From contig CAJTFN010000001.1 in NCBI GenBank assembly GCA_910575815.1, positions 264,507 through 304,506 of the forward strand: 40,000 nt of DNA, in the 5' to 3' direction. The translations under genes were made by a program, and so were the position numbers. The stretch comes from Oscillospiraceae bacterium (GTDB lineage Bacteria > Bacillota > Clostridia > Oscillospirales > Oscillospiraceae). The first letter of the stretch is position 1; each line of letters opens with the position of its first letter. Under the pieces are notes generated by a model. The model did no database searches. It was not told the origin of the DNA and saw only the letters and a list, made by a program, of their open reading frames with translations. Positions 1-9,614 of the stretch are shown here, piece by piece.

Positions 1-293
1 ATGTTCCCGCTGAGCTTTTGGGCGTCTACGCAGATGATGTAATCCTGAGGCGTCATGGACGCCCGTAGGCGGTCGTAGGGGACCATCCGGATTCCGAAGG
101 CCTCCAGCATCTTTGAGGCGCTGAGTTTGTCGATCCGGCCCTCATAGCAGAGGGTGGCCGGGATGCCTTGGGTCTCCAACAGCTTTTGCAGGCCGTAGGC
201 CGAGGCAATGGCGTCGGGGTCCGGGTAGTTGTGGGTTTGGATAAAGACCGTGTGCCCCCGGCACAGGTCCGCCAGCGAAAGGAATTGAGACAT
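1..293 (-). CDS. DHH-family phosphoesterase (NrnA-like), 5' part only; gene continues past the window start
   Basis: Absent from the ORF track because it runs off the edge. The reverse strand from ATG (complement of 291-293) reads MSQFLSLADLCRGHTVFIQTHNYPDPDAIASAYGLQKLLE..., an H-x-x-PDPDA-x-x-S pattern typical of DHH motifs. AGGAGG (complement of 305-310) lies 11 nt upstream. Confidence 0.55.
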   Translation of the reverse strand, partial: MSQFLSLADLCRGHTVFIQTHNYPDPDAIASAYGLQKLLETQGIPATLCYEGRIDKLSASKMLEAFGIRMVPYDRLRASMTPQDYIICVDAQKLSGN

Positions 294-511
294 GGTTTCG
301 GATACCTCCTATTGCACAGAAGTAAAAACTTCAGGAATCCACGGGATTTCGTTTCACGAATGAGTAAACTATAGCACATTTTCCGAAAAACGTCGAGGGT
401 TGATTTCCTTGCGGAGCTTCCGGAAGAGGAGTTTCTCCCGCGAAAGATGGAAAGTTAAGGAGAAAACCCGGCGCGGTTGTCGCTTTATTTCCAAAAAGAT
501 GAAAAAGCGCA

Positions 512-540
512 TTGAATTTTCCTGGCGTTTCCTGTATAAT
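512..540 (+). promoter_or_regulatory. sigma70-type promoter for the BMP/ABC operon
   Basis: TTGAAT (512-517), a 17-nt spacer, then TATAAT (535-540), about 70 nt upstream of the 612 start codon. Confidence 0.45.
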
Positions 541-611
541 AAAAGACAACCGGGGCATGTCGTTCCCCATTCCATTCCATAATGAAGATCGATTAAAGGA
601 GGAAAATCAGT

Positions 612-1913
612 ATGAAGAAGTTTCTTGCAGTACTGCTGTCTATGATTCTGGCCTTGAGCCTGACCGCCTGCGGAGGCGGCGGCGGAGATAGCCAGACCTC
701 CGGCGGCACGGATGACAAACCCACGGAGAGCAAACCCGACGAAAGCCAGCCCGCGGACGGCACGTCCGGCGACACCGAGGCCAAAACCATCAAGGTGGGC
801 CTGATCTGCATCGGCGACGAGAACGACCAGGGCTATACCTATAACTTCATCCGGGGCAAGGAGGCCGCCACCGAGGCCCTGGCCGCCAATGGCATCATCG
901 TGGACTGGGTGGTCAAGTGGAACGTTCGAGAGGATGTCAGCTGCGAGGACGCCAACATCGAGCTGGCGGACGAGGGCTGCGACCTCATCATCAACAACTC
1001 CTTCGGCTTCGAGCCCTTCATGCTGAAGGTGGCCCCGGATTATCCGGAAATTGAGTTCATCGCCTGCACCAACCAGGCCTCCTGGGGCGACAATCTGGAA
1101 AACACCCACAACGCCTTCGCCAACATCTATGAGGGCCGGTATCTGGCCGGCGTCGTGGCAGGCATGAAGCTTCAGCAGATGATTGACGAGGGGACCATCT
1201 CCGCCGACGAGGCCGTCATCGGCTATGTGGGCGCTTTCTCCTTCGCCGAGGTCATCTCCGGCTTCACCGCCTATTTCCTGGGCGCCCGGAGCGTCTGCCC
1301 CAGCGTTTCCATGAAGGTCCAGTTCGTGGGTTCCTGGTCCGACGCCACGGAGGAGGCCAACGCCGCTTCCGCCCTGGCGGACATGGGCTGCGTCATGATC
1401 TCCCAGCACTCCGACAACACCACCCCCGCCACCACGGCTGAGGCCAAGGGCGTCTTCCACACGGGCTATAACAACGACATGATCAGCGTTGCCCCCGGGG
1501 CCTCCCTCATCAGCACCCGCATCGACTGGGCTCCCTACTTCGAGTACGCCATCACGTCCGTGGCCAATGGCGAGAGCTTTGACCAGGATTGGTGCCACGG
1601 CATGGATATGGGCGCCGTGGTGATGACGGGCCTCAACGAGGCCATCGCCGCCCCCGGCACTGCCGAGAAGCTGGCGGAGGTAGAGGAGCAGATCCGCTCC
1701 GGCAAGCTCCAGGTCTTTGATACCAGCACCTTCACGGTCAATGGCGGCGAGACCTTGACCAGCGCCTTTGCCCTGGATACCGACGGCGACTTCACTCCCG
1801 ATTCCGAGGAGGCCGTGTTCGACGGCGCTTTCCATGAGTCTCACTTCCAGTCCGCGCCCTACTTCGCGCTTTCCATCGACGGCATTGACTGGCTGAACAC
1901 TGCCTTCGGCTGA
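612..1913 (+). CDS. BMP-family (PnrA/Med-like) ABC transporter substrate-binding lipoprotein
   Basis: 433-aa ORF with AGGAGG RBS. Signal peptide ends in the lipobox LSLTAC, followed by a Gly/Ser/Asp/Pro linker. The body resembles basic-membrane-protein nucleoside-binding proteins. It heads an ABC ATPase plus two-permease operon. Confidence 0.85.
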   Translation: MKKFLAVLLSMILALSLTACGGGGGDSQTSGGTDDKPTESKPDESQPADGTSGDTEAKTIKVGLICIGDENDQGYTYNFIRGKEAATEALAANGIIVDWVVKWNVREDVSCEDANIELADEGCDLIINNSFGFEPFMLKVAPDYPEIEFIACTNQASWGDNLENTHNAFANIYEGRYLAGVVAGMKLQQMIDEGTISADEAVIGYVGAFSFAEVISGFTAYFLGARSVCPSVSMKVQFVGSWSDATEEANAASALADMGCVMISQHSDNTTPATTAEAKGVFHTGYNNDMISVAPGASLISTRIDWAPYFEYAITSVANGESFDQDWCHGMDMGAVVMTGLNEAIAAPGTAEKLAEVEEQIRSGKLQVFDTSTFTVNGGETLTSAFALDTDGDFTPDSEEAVFDGAFHESHFQSAPYFALSIDGIDWLNTAFG

Positions 1914-1932
1914 TTTCCGTAAAAGAACCTAT

Positions 1933-1961
1933 AGGGGCCCCGCGGGGCCCCTGTTCTTTTC
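1933..1961 (+). terminator. intra-operon stem-loop/terminator after the binding-protein gene
   Basis: Perfect 20-nt GC-rich palindrome AGGGGCCCCGCGGGGCCCCT (1933-1952) followed by GTTCTTTTCTCTT. Confidence 0.5.
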
Positions 1962-2112
1962 TCTTCGAACGGGGAAAAACGGCTGGTTTGTTTCCGGAGC
2001 TCCGGGACAAAACGCACGCGGCCCAAAGACGCCGGCTCCCTGTTTGTTTCCACTCCATCCCGACTCCGCCCGGCTCCGCTTGCCCGGGACCTCTTAGAAA
2101 GGATGAGCGTTT

Positions 2113-3651
2113 TTGGAAAATACGGTATGCGCCATTGAACTGAGGGGCATCACCAAACGCTTCGGCGAGGTGGTGGCCAACGACGGCATTGACCTGAAAC
2201 TGAATTGGGGGGAGATTCTCTCCCTGCTGGGGGAGAACGGCAGCGGCAAGACCACGCTGATGAATATGCTCTCCGGCATCTACTTTCCCGACGAGGGACA
2301 GATTTATGTAGGCGGCCAGCCCGTCTCCATCCGCTCCCCCCGGGACGCCTTCGCCAACGGCATCGGCATGATTCACCAGCACTACAAATTGGTGGACGTG
2401 TTCACCGCCGCGGAGAACATCGTTCTGGGCTTGGAGGAGCCGGGCCGGCTGGATTTCCGGGCCGCTGGGGAACGTGTCCGGGGCATCTGTGAACGGTACG
2501 GCTTCGATATAGACCCCGACCAGAAGATTTACGACATGTCCGTCTCCCAGAAGCAGACGGTGGAGATTGTGAAGGTCCTCTACCGGGGGGCTGACATCCT
2601 GATTCTGGATGAACCCACCGCCGTCCTCACCCCCCAGGAGACCGATAAGCTCTTCGACGTCCTCCAGGCCATGAAGGCCGACGGCAAGGCCATTGTCATC
2701 ATCACCCACAAGCTCCACGAGGTCATGGCCCTTTCCGACAAAGTGGCGGTACTCCGGAAGGGCAAGTACATCGGCACCGTGAACACCGCGGAGACGACCC
2801 CCCAGGCTCTGACGGACATGATGGTGGGCCACACGGTGACGCTGAACATCGACCGCCCCCGGTACGAAAAGCCGGTGAAGCGGCTGGAGATTCAAAACCT
2901 CACCGTTTTGGACGGGGAGGGAATCAAGCGCCTGGACGGTGTCTCCTTCACCGCCCTGGGCGGCGAGATTCTCGGTGTGGCCGGCATCGCCGGTTCCGGT
3001 CAGAAGGAGCTGCTGGAGGCCATCTCCGGCCTCTGCCCGGTTGGTGAAGGAGAGATCCTTTATACACCGGACGGCCAGGAGCCCTCCAATCTGGTAGGGA
3101 AGACGCCCATGCAGATTCGCAAGGCGGGGGTGGCCATGGCCTTCGTGCCCGAGGACCGGCTGGGTATGGGCCTAGTGGGCTCCATGGGCATGACGGGGAA
3201 TATGATGCTGCGTTCCTGGAAAAAGGGGAAGGGCGTCTTCGTCAACCGCAAGGACCCCAACGCCTTGGCGATGCAGATCTGGAAGGATCTGGAGGTGGTC
3301 ACTCCCGACACGGAATTCCCCGTCCGCCGCATGTCCGGCGGAAACGTGCAGAAGGTACTGGTGGGCCGGGAGATCGCCAGCGCGCCTTCGGTGCTTATGA
3401 CGGCCTATGCCGTTCGGGGCCTGGACATCAACACCTCCTATACGATCTATAATCTGCTGACGGAACAGAAGATGAAGGGCGTAGCCGTTCTTTATGTGGG
3501 AGAGGATCTGGACGTGCTGCTGGAGCTGTGCGACCGGATTCTGGTTCTCTGCGGTGGCCGTGTCAGCGGCGTGGTGGACGCCCGGAAGGCCACCAAGGAC
3601 CAGATAGGGCTTCTGATGACCCGCCTTGACGGAAAGGAGGGAAGGTCATGA
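2113..3651 (+). CDS. ABC transporter ATP-binding protein with duplicated ATPase domains (nucleoside/sugar type)
   Basis: 512 aa. Two Walker A motifs (GENGSGKTT and GIAGSGQKE) and the signature-like MSGGNVQK. TTG start at 2113 as in the ORF track; the exact start is uncertain. Confidence 0.9.
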   Translation: MENTVCAIELRGITKRFGEVVANDGIDLKLNWGEILSLLGENGSGKTTLMNMLSGIYFPDEGQIYVGGQPVSIRSPRDAFANGIGMIHQHYKLVDVFTAAENIVLGLEEPGRLDFRAAGERVRGICERYGFDIDPDQKIYDMSVSQKQTVEIVKVLYRGADILILDEPTAVLTPQETDKLFDVLQAMKADGKAIVIITHKLHEVMALSDKVAVLRKGKYIGTVNTAETTPQALTDMMVGHTVTLNIDRPRYEKPVKRLEIQNLTVLDGEGIKRLDGVSFTALGGEILGVAGIAGSGQKELLEAISGLCPVGEGEILYTPDGQEPSNLVGKTPMQIRKAGVAMAFVPEDRLGMGLVGSMGMTGNMMLRSWKKGKGVFVNRKDPNALAMQIWKDLEVVTPDTEFPVRRMSGGNVQKVLVGREIASAPSVLMTAYAVRGLDINTSYTIYNLLTEQKMKGVAVLYVGEDLDVLLELCDRILVLCGGRVSGVVDARKATKDQIGLLMTRLDGKEGRS

Positions 3652-4736
3652 ACCACGAGAAGAAGACGCCCCTGATCCGCCTCGCCAAGCGGGACGGCAT
3701 GGAGGGATGGAAGATTTGGTGCATCCGCTGCGGGGCCGTCCTGTTCGCCCTGCTGCTGGGAGCGCTGGTGATGGGTCTGGTGGGAGCCAATCCCTTTACA
3801 GCTTACGGCGCCATGGTTTCCGGGGCCCTTGGGAAGAAAAGCGCCATCCGGCAGACGGTGAAGATCGCTGTGCCCCTCCTGGGCTGTGCCCTGGCCATCG
3901 CGCCCTGCTTTAAGATGCGCTTCTGGAACATCGGCGCGGAGGGCCAGATCACCGCCGGGGCCATTGCCGCCAGTTATTTTGCCCTCTTCTGGGCGGACCG
4001 TCTGCCCGCTCCGGTGCTTTTGACGGTGATGGGCGTGGCGGGAGCCGTTGGCGGAGGCTTCTGGGCGCTGATTCCCGCCTTTTTCAAGGCCCGGTGGAAC
4101 ACAAACGAGACCCTGTTCACCCTGATGATGAACTACATCGTCATCGGCGTGGTCCAATGGCTCCAGGGGGGGCCCTGGGAGGGCCGGAAGGGCTCCCAGA
4201 TCATCCCCCAGTTTGACGAGGCCGCCTGCCTTCCCCGGGTCTTCGGGATCCACTGCGGCTGGATCATCGTCTTGGTTTTGGTGGTGTTCATGCACATTTA
4301 CATGAATTACACCAAGCACGGCTATGAGATTTCCGTCATCGGTGACAGTGTGAACACCGCCCGCTACGCGGGGATGAACGTGGGCTGGGTAATGATGCGG
4401 ACCATGTTTCTATCCGGGGCCATCAGCGGCATTGTGGGATTTATTGTGGCCTCCGGGGCAAACAACACGCTGTACGACGGCGTGGCCGGCGGAGTGGGCT
4501 TTACCTCCATCACCGTGGCGTGGCTGAGCCAGCTCAACGCCTTTGCCATGGTGGGCATTTCCGTGCTCCTGGCGGTGCTGAGCAAGGGGGCGGAGACCCT
4601 GCAAACCCGGATGGCAGTGCCTGCGTCCATTTCGGATATCATCACCGGCATACTGCTGTTCTGCATGCTGGGCTGCGAGTTCTTCATTCACTACAGGCTG
4701 ATTTTCCGGAAAAAGAAGGAGGCGCGGAATGGGTAA
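3648..4736 (+). CDS. ABC transporter permease
   Basis: 362-aa polytopic hydrophobic protein. ATGA overlap with the upstream ATPase stop; GGAGGG RBS. Confidence 0.85.
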   Translation: MNHEKKTPLIRLAKRDGMEGWKIWCIRCGAVLFALLLGALVMGLVGANPFTAYGAMVSGALGKKSAIRQTVKIAVPLLGCALAIAPCFKMRFWNIGAEGQITAGAIAASYFALFWADRLPAPVLLTVMGVAGAVGGGFWALIPAFFKARWNTNETLFTLMMNYIVIGVVQWLQGGPWEGRKGSQIIPQFDEAACLPRVFGIHCGWIIVLVLVVFMHIYMNYTKHGYEISVIGDSVNTARYAGMNVGWVMMRTMFLSGAISGIVGFIVASGANNTLYDGVAGGVGFTSITVAWLSQLNAFAMVGISVLLAVLSKGAETLQTRMAVPASISDIITGILLFCMLGCEFFIHYRLIFRKKKEARNG

Positions 4737-5724
4737 TTTCATGAACCTTTTCATCGCCCTCATTATAGCCGCCATCACCTACGGCACGCCGCTGCTCTTC
4801 GGCACCCTCGGAGAGACGCTCACAGAGAAGTCCGGCAACCTGAACCTGGGTGTGGAGGGGATTATGTTCATGGGCGGCGCCTTGGGCCTGGGGGGCGTAT
4901 TTTACTATGAGAAAGCGGCGGGCGCCGGAGCCAACGGGCTGGTGGCCGTGGTCATTGGCGTTCTGTGCGCGTTCCTGGCGGGAGTCCTGGCCTCCCTGAT
5001 TTTCAGTTTTCTGACCATCACCCTCCGCGCCAACCAGAATGTGACGGGGCTGGCCCTCTCCATTTTCGGTACTGGCGTTGGGCAGTTTGCAGGGGAGTAC
5101 ATGCGGGTCCGAGAGAACGGGTATATTTCCATCGGAAACCACCTGAAGACCTTTTTCCAGAACTCCCCCTTCCCGGACGTTCTCCAGAAGATTCCGGTGG
5201 TGGGAGGTGTGCTCTTTGGAAACAGCGTGTTTTTTTACCTGGGGTTGATGCTGGCCGCCGGGATGTTCTTCTTCCTGAACCGCACCCGCACGGGCCTCTA
5301 TCTCCGCTCTGTGGGTGAATCTCCGGCCACGGCGGACGCGGCGGGGATCGCTGTGGAGCGGTATAAGTACCTGGCGACGGTGATCGGCGGGGGAATCTCC
5401 GCCGTGGGCGGCATGGTGTACATCATGACCATCGCCGGATGCGTGTGGAACCACGAGGGCCTCAGCGGCGTAGGCTGGCTGGCGGTGGCCCTGGTGATCT
5501 TCTGCATGTGGCGGCCTCTGTCCGCCATCTGGGGCTCCGTGCTCTTCGGCGCGCTGATGATTCTGTATCTGCGGCTGGTGCTGCCCTTCATTCCCACGCA
5601 GATTTATAAAATCCTGCCCTATGTGGTAACGGTTGTGGTACTGATTGTCTCCAGCATGCGCAACAACAAGGAGAAGCAGCCGCCCGCCAGCCTGGGCTTG
5701 GCCTATTTCCGAGAGGACCGCTGA
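4729..5724 (+). CDS. ABC transporter permease (second subunit)
   Basis: 331-aa polytopic hydrophobic protein overlapping the previous permease stop. An alternative ATG lies at 4741. Confidence 0.85.
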   Translation: MGNFMNLFIALIIAAITYGTPLLFGTLGETLTEKSGNLNLGVEGIMFMGGALGLGGVFYYEKAAGAGANGLVAVVIGVLCAFLAGVLASLIFSFLTITLRANQNVTGLALSIFGTGVGQFAGEYMRVRENGYISIGNHLKTFFQNSPFPDVLQKIPVVGGVLFGNSVFFYLGLMLAAGMFFFLNRTRTGLYLRSVGESPATADAAGIAVERYKYLATVIGGGISAVGGMVYIMTIAGCVWNHEGLSGVGWLAVALVIFCMWRPLSAIWGSVLFGALMILYLRLVLPFIPTQIYKILPYVVTVVVLIVSSMRNNKEKQPPASLGLAYFREDR

Positions 5725-5748
5725 GACGGTTTCACTTGCAGGGAGAAC

Positions 5749-5784
5749 GAGCGGCGTGGTTATGGACCGCGCCGCTCTCTTTGT
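5749..5784 (+). terminator. rho-independent terminator of the ABC operon
   Basis: GAGCGGCGTGG (5749-5759) pairs with CCGCGCCGCTC (5767-5777), including one G-U pair, and is followed by TCTTTGT. Confidence 0.45.
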
Positions 5785-5921
5785 GCCGTGGACAAGGGAG
5801 AGAAAACTGCCTGCGGGTTTGACTTGGAAAGATAAAAGATTTGTGCTATAATTCTCTGGAGAGAAACCCAAGAGTCTCCCAATGGGGGGCGAAAATCCAA
5901 AATGAAGGAGGTGCCCCGTAT

Positions 5922-6299
5922 ATGGCGGTGTTGCATCAGATTGAAGAAGGATTCCAATTAATCGTCCAATATGGCGTGCTTCTGCTGGAGTGCGCCGGTG
6001 TGTCGGTGCTGCTGGCGACAGCGGTGAAGAGCATGATCGGCTGCGTGAAAAACAAGCCTCACATCCGATTGTACTTGGCCCAGGGAATTTCCCTGGCCCT
6101 GGAGTTTAAGCTGGGAGGCGAGGTTTTGCGAACGGTGGTGGTCCGGGAGATGAGCGAGCTTTTGACCCTGGGGCTGGTTATTCTGCTGCGGGGAGCGCTG
6201 ACGCTGATTCTCCATTGGGAGATCAAGACGGAGGAGGCCCGCATTGACGGGGCCGCCGGGAACCGGGAGCTGCCGGAGGAGACGGCGGCGCTGAAGTGA
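5922..6299 (+). CDS. small membrane protein, DUF1622-like
   Basis: The ORF track begins at 5841, but GAAGGAGG (5904-5911) precedes the ATG at 5922. Product MAVLHQIEEGFQLIVQYGVLLLECAGV... has two or three TM segments. An extended -10 element, TGCTATAAT, lies at 5844-5852. Confidence 0.6.
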   Translation: MAVLHQIEEGFQLIVQYGVLLLECAGVSVLLATAVKSMIGCVKNKPHIRLYLAQGISLALEFKLGGEVLRTVVVREMSELLTLGLVILLRGALTLILHWEIKTEEARIDGAAGNRELPEETAALK

Positions 6300-6305
6300 A
6301 GAACG

Positions 6306-6683
6306 ATGAGGATGATTAAGACCGAGAAACTAGGGGCGAACTGGCTCCGCCTGAATGGCTGGAAGCTGATGGCCCTGGCGATTGCGCTGCACGCTGCCCT
6401 GTTCCTGGGCCTGGCCTGGATGGGCAAGCCTCTGACCAGCTATGACGCGGATAATTACCGCTATGTGTTCAGCGCGCTGCTCCAGGTGGTGGGAGGACTT
6501 TTCGCCTTCATTGCCAGCAGCACCCTGGTGGTGCTACAGCTGCTGCACACCAACGCTCCTCACAGCGCCCGCTTCTACCCGAAGAACGTGTTCACCCTTT
6601 TCCTGGTGGACAACGTGCTGGTGCTGCTGTTAGACGCAATGGCAATTTTGATGCTGGAAACGGAGACAAGCCTCTGGAAGTGA
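6306..6683 (+). CDS. N-terminal fragment (125 aa, 3 TM helices) of a membrane-protein gene interrupted by the integrated element
   Basis: The ORF ends ...ETETSLWK followed by TGA. That TGA (6681-6683) is the first triplet of the lower-GC inserted DNA. The frame continues at 24302 (see findings). Confidence 0.55.
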   Translation: MRMIKTEKLGANWLRLNGWKLMALAIALHAALFLGLAWMGKPLTSYDADNYRYVFSALLQVVGGLFAFIASSTLVVLQLLHTNAPHSARFYPKNVFTLFLVDNVLVLLLDAMAILMLETETSLWK

Positions 6684-6690
6684 ATCACAG
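6671..6690. other. putative attL junction
   Basis: cctctggaAGtgaatcacag: host coding sequence up to AG, element sequence after it. Confidence 0.45.
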
Positions 6691-6955
6691 TTAAAGATAT
6701 CATTACAACGCAGTAAACAGCCCACACTTATAAATTATTTCAAATTTACGTAAACACTTTAATTGAATTATACAAGCAGTAGAACAAAACCGAATCGTTA
6801 CCATACCGTCTTCATTTGCATCCGCAGCAGCAGGCATCCACTTAATCCCTTAGACAGGCGGGAGGAATCGCTCAAAATTGTCTTCTTGCTTAAGGGGAAG
6901 GCTGAGTACTGTACCCCGAAAGAACAGTTCTGGTGCTACATAAATTAAAACAACA

Positions 6956-6996
6956 GCCTCATGGATCAGGTATCTTTATACCGACATCCATGAGGC
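6956..6996 (-). terminator. terminator downstream of the tail operon (hairpin usable on both strands)
   Basis: 11-bp perfect stem GCCTCATGGAT (6956-6966) / ATCCATGAGGC (6986-6996). On the minus strand it is followed by TGTTGTTTTAATTTA. It lies about 100 nt after the last tail gene. Confidence 0.45.
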
Positions 6997-7093
6997 CATT
7001 ATTTCCGATGAGTGATTCAGAGCAATACAGCAGCAAATGTCTGTCTATTCTCTTATCATAAACAGGGATTTTCTCAAAAACGCCTATGACAAG

Positions 7094-7660
7094 TTACTTT
7101 TTATGGACAACGCACCTATTCTCGAACATTCCCCAGGTCGTCCAATCATCATGGAACCACCTCCACGTCAGTCCAAGTTCTTCCACATCCGCCCACGTAG
7201 AACTGGAAATCACAAAACGCAGATGGGCCGGTTTCACTTGCTCCACAACGGAATAGATTTCCGACACATCAATATCCGCAAATTCGTCTTTTTCCCCCAA
7301 GAGTTCTAGTGAAAAGCTGTCATCGCCACGAACCATCACGCGGGCTGAATACCCTGTGATATGTTCTGCCAGCTCTTGAATCATTTTCTCGGTGGTATTA
7401 CCACAAGCAATCAACTGCTTTTGGATGGCCGCACGTCTGGCAGTTTCGCTCATTGACTTGTCCGTTCGCAACCCTACTTGCGTTTCCCAGGATTCCAGAC
7501 TCCAGGTAGCCGTGTTTACAAAAAACTGATCCAGCACATCCTCCAGGGCTTCCTTTACCGCAAGGCTGGCGTCCGTCAAGGTCTCCATGATTGCTCTGCT
7601 TTCCGGTGAAGCATAGTGATACTCCGGCACTTGCTCCCTCTTTGGCAGGGTTTTTCTCAT
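7094..7660 (-). CDS. phage tail protein, XkdU/YmfQ-like (DUF2313)
   Basis: The ORF track starts at 7795, but the ATG at 7660 forms an ATGA overlap with the upstream baseplate J stop. Product MRKTLPKREQVPEYHYASPESRAIMETL... has a Trp/Thr-rich C-terminus. Its position after baseplate J matches PBSX-like modules. Confidence 0.7.
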   Translation of the reverse strand: MRKTLPKREQVPEYHYASPESRAIMETLTDASLAVKEALEDVLDQFFVNTATWSLESWETQVGLRTDKSMSETARRAAIQKQLIACGNTTEKMIQELAEHITGYSARVMVRGDDSFSLELLGEKDEFADIDVSEIYSVVEQVKPAHLRFVISSSTWADVEELGLTWRWFHDDWTTWGMFENRCVVHKK

Positions 7661-8751
7661 GTGCCACCCCCAGTCTGCGTAACAGAAATTGTTCCAACGA
7701 CCGGCGCGTCCTCTGCCCGGATCACAACAGACGACATCTGGCCATCTACCGTGAAAGCACTGTAATCCGCTACGCCGGGACAGCGCAGTAAACAAGCTAA
7801 AAAACGGCTGAAGGGTATCACGATTTCTTCTCCGAATTTCTGGCTGCTCAGCAGTTCTCCCACCAATGTTTCTAACTGGACTCTTACTTGCTCCGTTGTA
7901 TACCCGTCCATTAATGTCACAGACGCGGTCAATGGAATCCTCCGTTCTTGGGCGCTGACGACGGTGACTACAGCACCAATGGGGCGTTCCTCTTCAATAT
8001 GGAACGCACATGCGGAGCGAGTAGACTCATCGACAGCTTTTCGATTTGGACCCGCAATTACCACCTTCACAGTACCATTTCCATTCCAGAGGGGGACACA
8101 ACTGGCATAAGACACTCCATCCGTTTCTGTGGCCCAGGTGACATAGTGATTTTTGTTCCCGGAGGTAATGGGCAGGGTACGACGGTTATGGTATCTGCTG
8201 TAAAAATCTGCGTCGCTTTCTACATCAGCGCCGCCAATGGCGGCTGTCGGATTATTCACACTCTTTACTCCAGCAACATTTGTGTACATAGAGGTAATGG
8301 AGTCTGCCGGAATGTTGTATTCTGTGCCAACTTCTGCGGCTTCTGCCCTTGCTTGTGCGGTTCCTTTCACAATTCTTACATCTTCTGTGGTCAAATATCG
8401 CAGCCCGGTTTCCGGGGCATAGAGATTGGTCCCTGCCGGAATGTAAGTCCCCTCTGTTCCAGTAAAGGACATTATAACGGCTGCCTTTTTACCGGTTCTT
8501 CGAAACATACCGATCTGCGCCGCATGTTTGTCAATGTACTCTCCGGCGTTCTCATCCGGAAATACCACAGACAACAGCTTGGGAAACTGCTGATATAGTT
8601 TGAAAATTTGATAGGCCGCCGTACTGACCAGCGTATTGGTATAGGAGCCCTCTCGTGTATCAATAAGAACTCCTTCCTCGTTTAATTCAGACAGCATCTC
8701 CGCTTTGATACTCTCCGGGGTTATGCTGTCATAAGGTGATGTCACAGCCAT
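7657..8751 (-). CDS. baseplate J-like protein (XkdT-like)
   Basis: 364 aa; N-terminus ...ITPESIKAEMLSEL...REGSYTNTLVSTAAYQIFKLYQ... is typical of the Baseplate_J family. Synteny supports the call. Confidence 0.85.
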   Translation of the reverse strand: MAVTSPYDSITPESIKAEMLSELNEEGVLIDTREGSYTNTLVSTAAYQIFKLYQQFPKLLSVVFPDENAGEYIDKHAAQIGMFRRTGKKAAVIMSFTGTEGTYIPAGTNLYAPETGLRYLTTEDVRIVKGTAQARAEAAEVGTEYNIPADSITSMYTNVAGVKSVNNPTAAIGGADVESDADFYSRYHNRRTLPITSGNKNHYVTWATETDGVSYASCVPLWNGNGTVKVVIAGPNRKAVDESTRSACAFHIEEERPIGAVVTVVSAQERRIPLTASVTLMDGYTTEQVRVQLETLVGELLSSQKFGEEIVIPFSRFLACLLRCPGVADYSAFTVDGQMSSVVIRAEDAPVVGTISVTQTGGGT

Positions 8752-9163
8752 CCATACTTACCTCCCCATAAACAGTTGTCATTCTAAAGCTCATATGCAG
8801 ACAAGAGGCCTCAAAAGAGAGCCCCACCTGCGTTACATCGGCGATATACGGATTGACCTGTAAGGTTTCTCGAATTGCGCGAATGGCCTCGGACTGGCGG
8901 ACCTCTTCTGTGCAGGCTTGTCCCAGCAGTCCGCTGAAATCCAGTCCACAGCCGGAACTAAGCACATCGTGAGCAAATCGCTCTGTATGTAAGGCGTTCC
9001 ATGCCCAAACCAGAACCGCTCTGGCACCGGAAACAAAAACCGGGTTTCCTCCCCGCCACACCGGACAGTTCGTCTGAAAGTTCCAGTCCACCTCTCGGTA
9101 CACGGGAAGGCCGGTTCCCTGCGTAATGCCATCCGGCGTGTCAATCAATGGAAATAGGCTCAT
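8729..9163 (-). CDS. baseplate wedge protein, XkdS-like (DUF2634)
   Basis: 144 aa; contains ...VLVWAWNALHTERFAHDVLSSGCGLDFSGLLGQ..., resembling the DUF2634/gp25-neighbour family. Overlaps both adjacent genes. Confidence 0.65.
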   Translation of the reverse strand: MSLFPLIDTPDGITQGTGLPVYREVDWNFQTNCPVWRGGNPVFVSGARAVLVWAWNALHTERFAHDVLSSGCGLDFSGLLGQACTEEVRQSEAIRAIRETLQVNPYIADVTQVGLSFEASCLHMSFRMTTVYGEVSMDGCDITL

Positions 9164-9614
9164 CGTATACTTTCACCAGCCTTTCCAAAAGGTAATAGGT
9201 CTGCCCATCCGGAGACCGCAGAAGGAGGACAGTATCGCCTTCCTTCAATGGGGTCTCATGGATAATCTCCGCCTCCTTTGGAGTCGTTCCCTCTACTGAT
9301 TCCTCGGGGTAAATCACCCACGCGTCCCCCGTCGAAAGGCTGCAATGGCATTCTCCGTGGAGCTGTTTATAGGGAAGCTTCACCGATACGGGCCACGCAA
9401 GGCCGATCAGACGTTCCGTCCACCCTGCCGTCAGGTGTTCCGCGATAAAAAGGTCTTCCTGATCCAGATCCATTCCATCGGCGCGGACAACCAATGGCCG
9501 GACCGACAGCACTTGACCAACCGCGTAGTAATTAGGCACTTCTCTTTGGACTTGGCTTCGAATATGAGCATTCAGTCCAAGGAAAGGGTCCCTTGCATTT
9601 TGCTCTCTCATCAT
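9141..9614 (-). CDS. baseplate/spike-associated protein, XkdR-like (DUF2577)
   Basis: 157 aa; C-terminal ...GDTVLLLRSPDGQTYYLLERL motif. Lies between the XkdQ-like and XkdS-like genes. Confidence 0.6.
   Translation of the reverse strand: MMREQNARDPFLGLNAHIRSQVQREVPNYYAVGQVLSVRPLVVRADGMDLDQEDLFIAEHLTAGWTERLIGLAWPVSVKLPYKQLHGECHCSLSTGDAWVIYPEESVEGTTPKEAEIIHETPLKEGDTVLLLRSPDGQTYYLLERLVKVYDEPISID

Noticed and set aside
369-1844. 491-aa minus-strand ORF overlapping the BMP lipoprotein gene
   Set aside because: Antisense shadow ORF typical of high-GC coding DNA. It has Gly/Ala/Val/Asp/His-rich low-complexity translation and no RBS. The opposite strand encodes a recognisable lipoprotein with a lipobox.
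1792-5871. Long minus-strand ORFs (1792-2895, 3492-4319, 4684-5871) across the ABC transporter genes
   Set aside because: Shadow ORFs with Arg/Gly/Pro/His-rich translations and no family resemblance. The plus-strand genes have Walker motifs and permease hydrophobicity with coupled starts.
5853-5921. Possible riboswitch in the leader of the DUF1622-like gene (GGAGA...TCTCC hairpin, G-rich tract)
   Set aside because: Only a short 5-bp stem, and no resemblance that I can recognise to known riboswitch consensus sequences.
6763-6948. 61-aa ORF in the AT-rich region next to attL
   Set aside because: No RBS, odd composition, and it lies in what is best explained as the non-coding att-proximal arm of the element.
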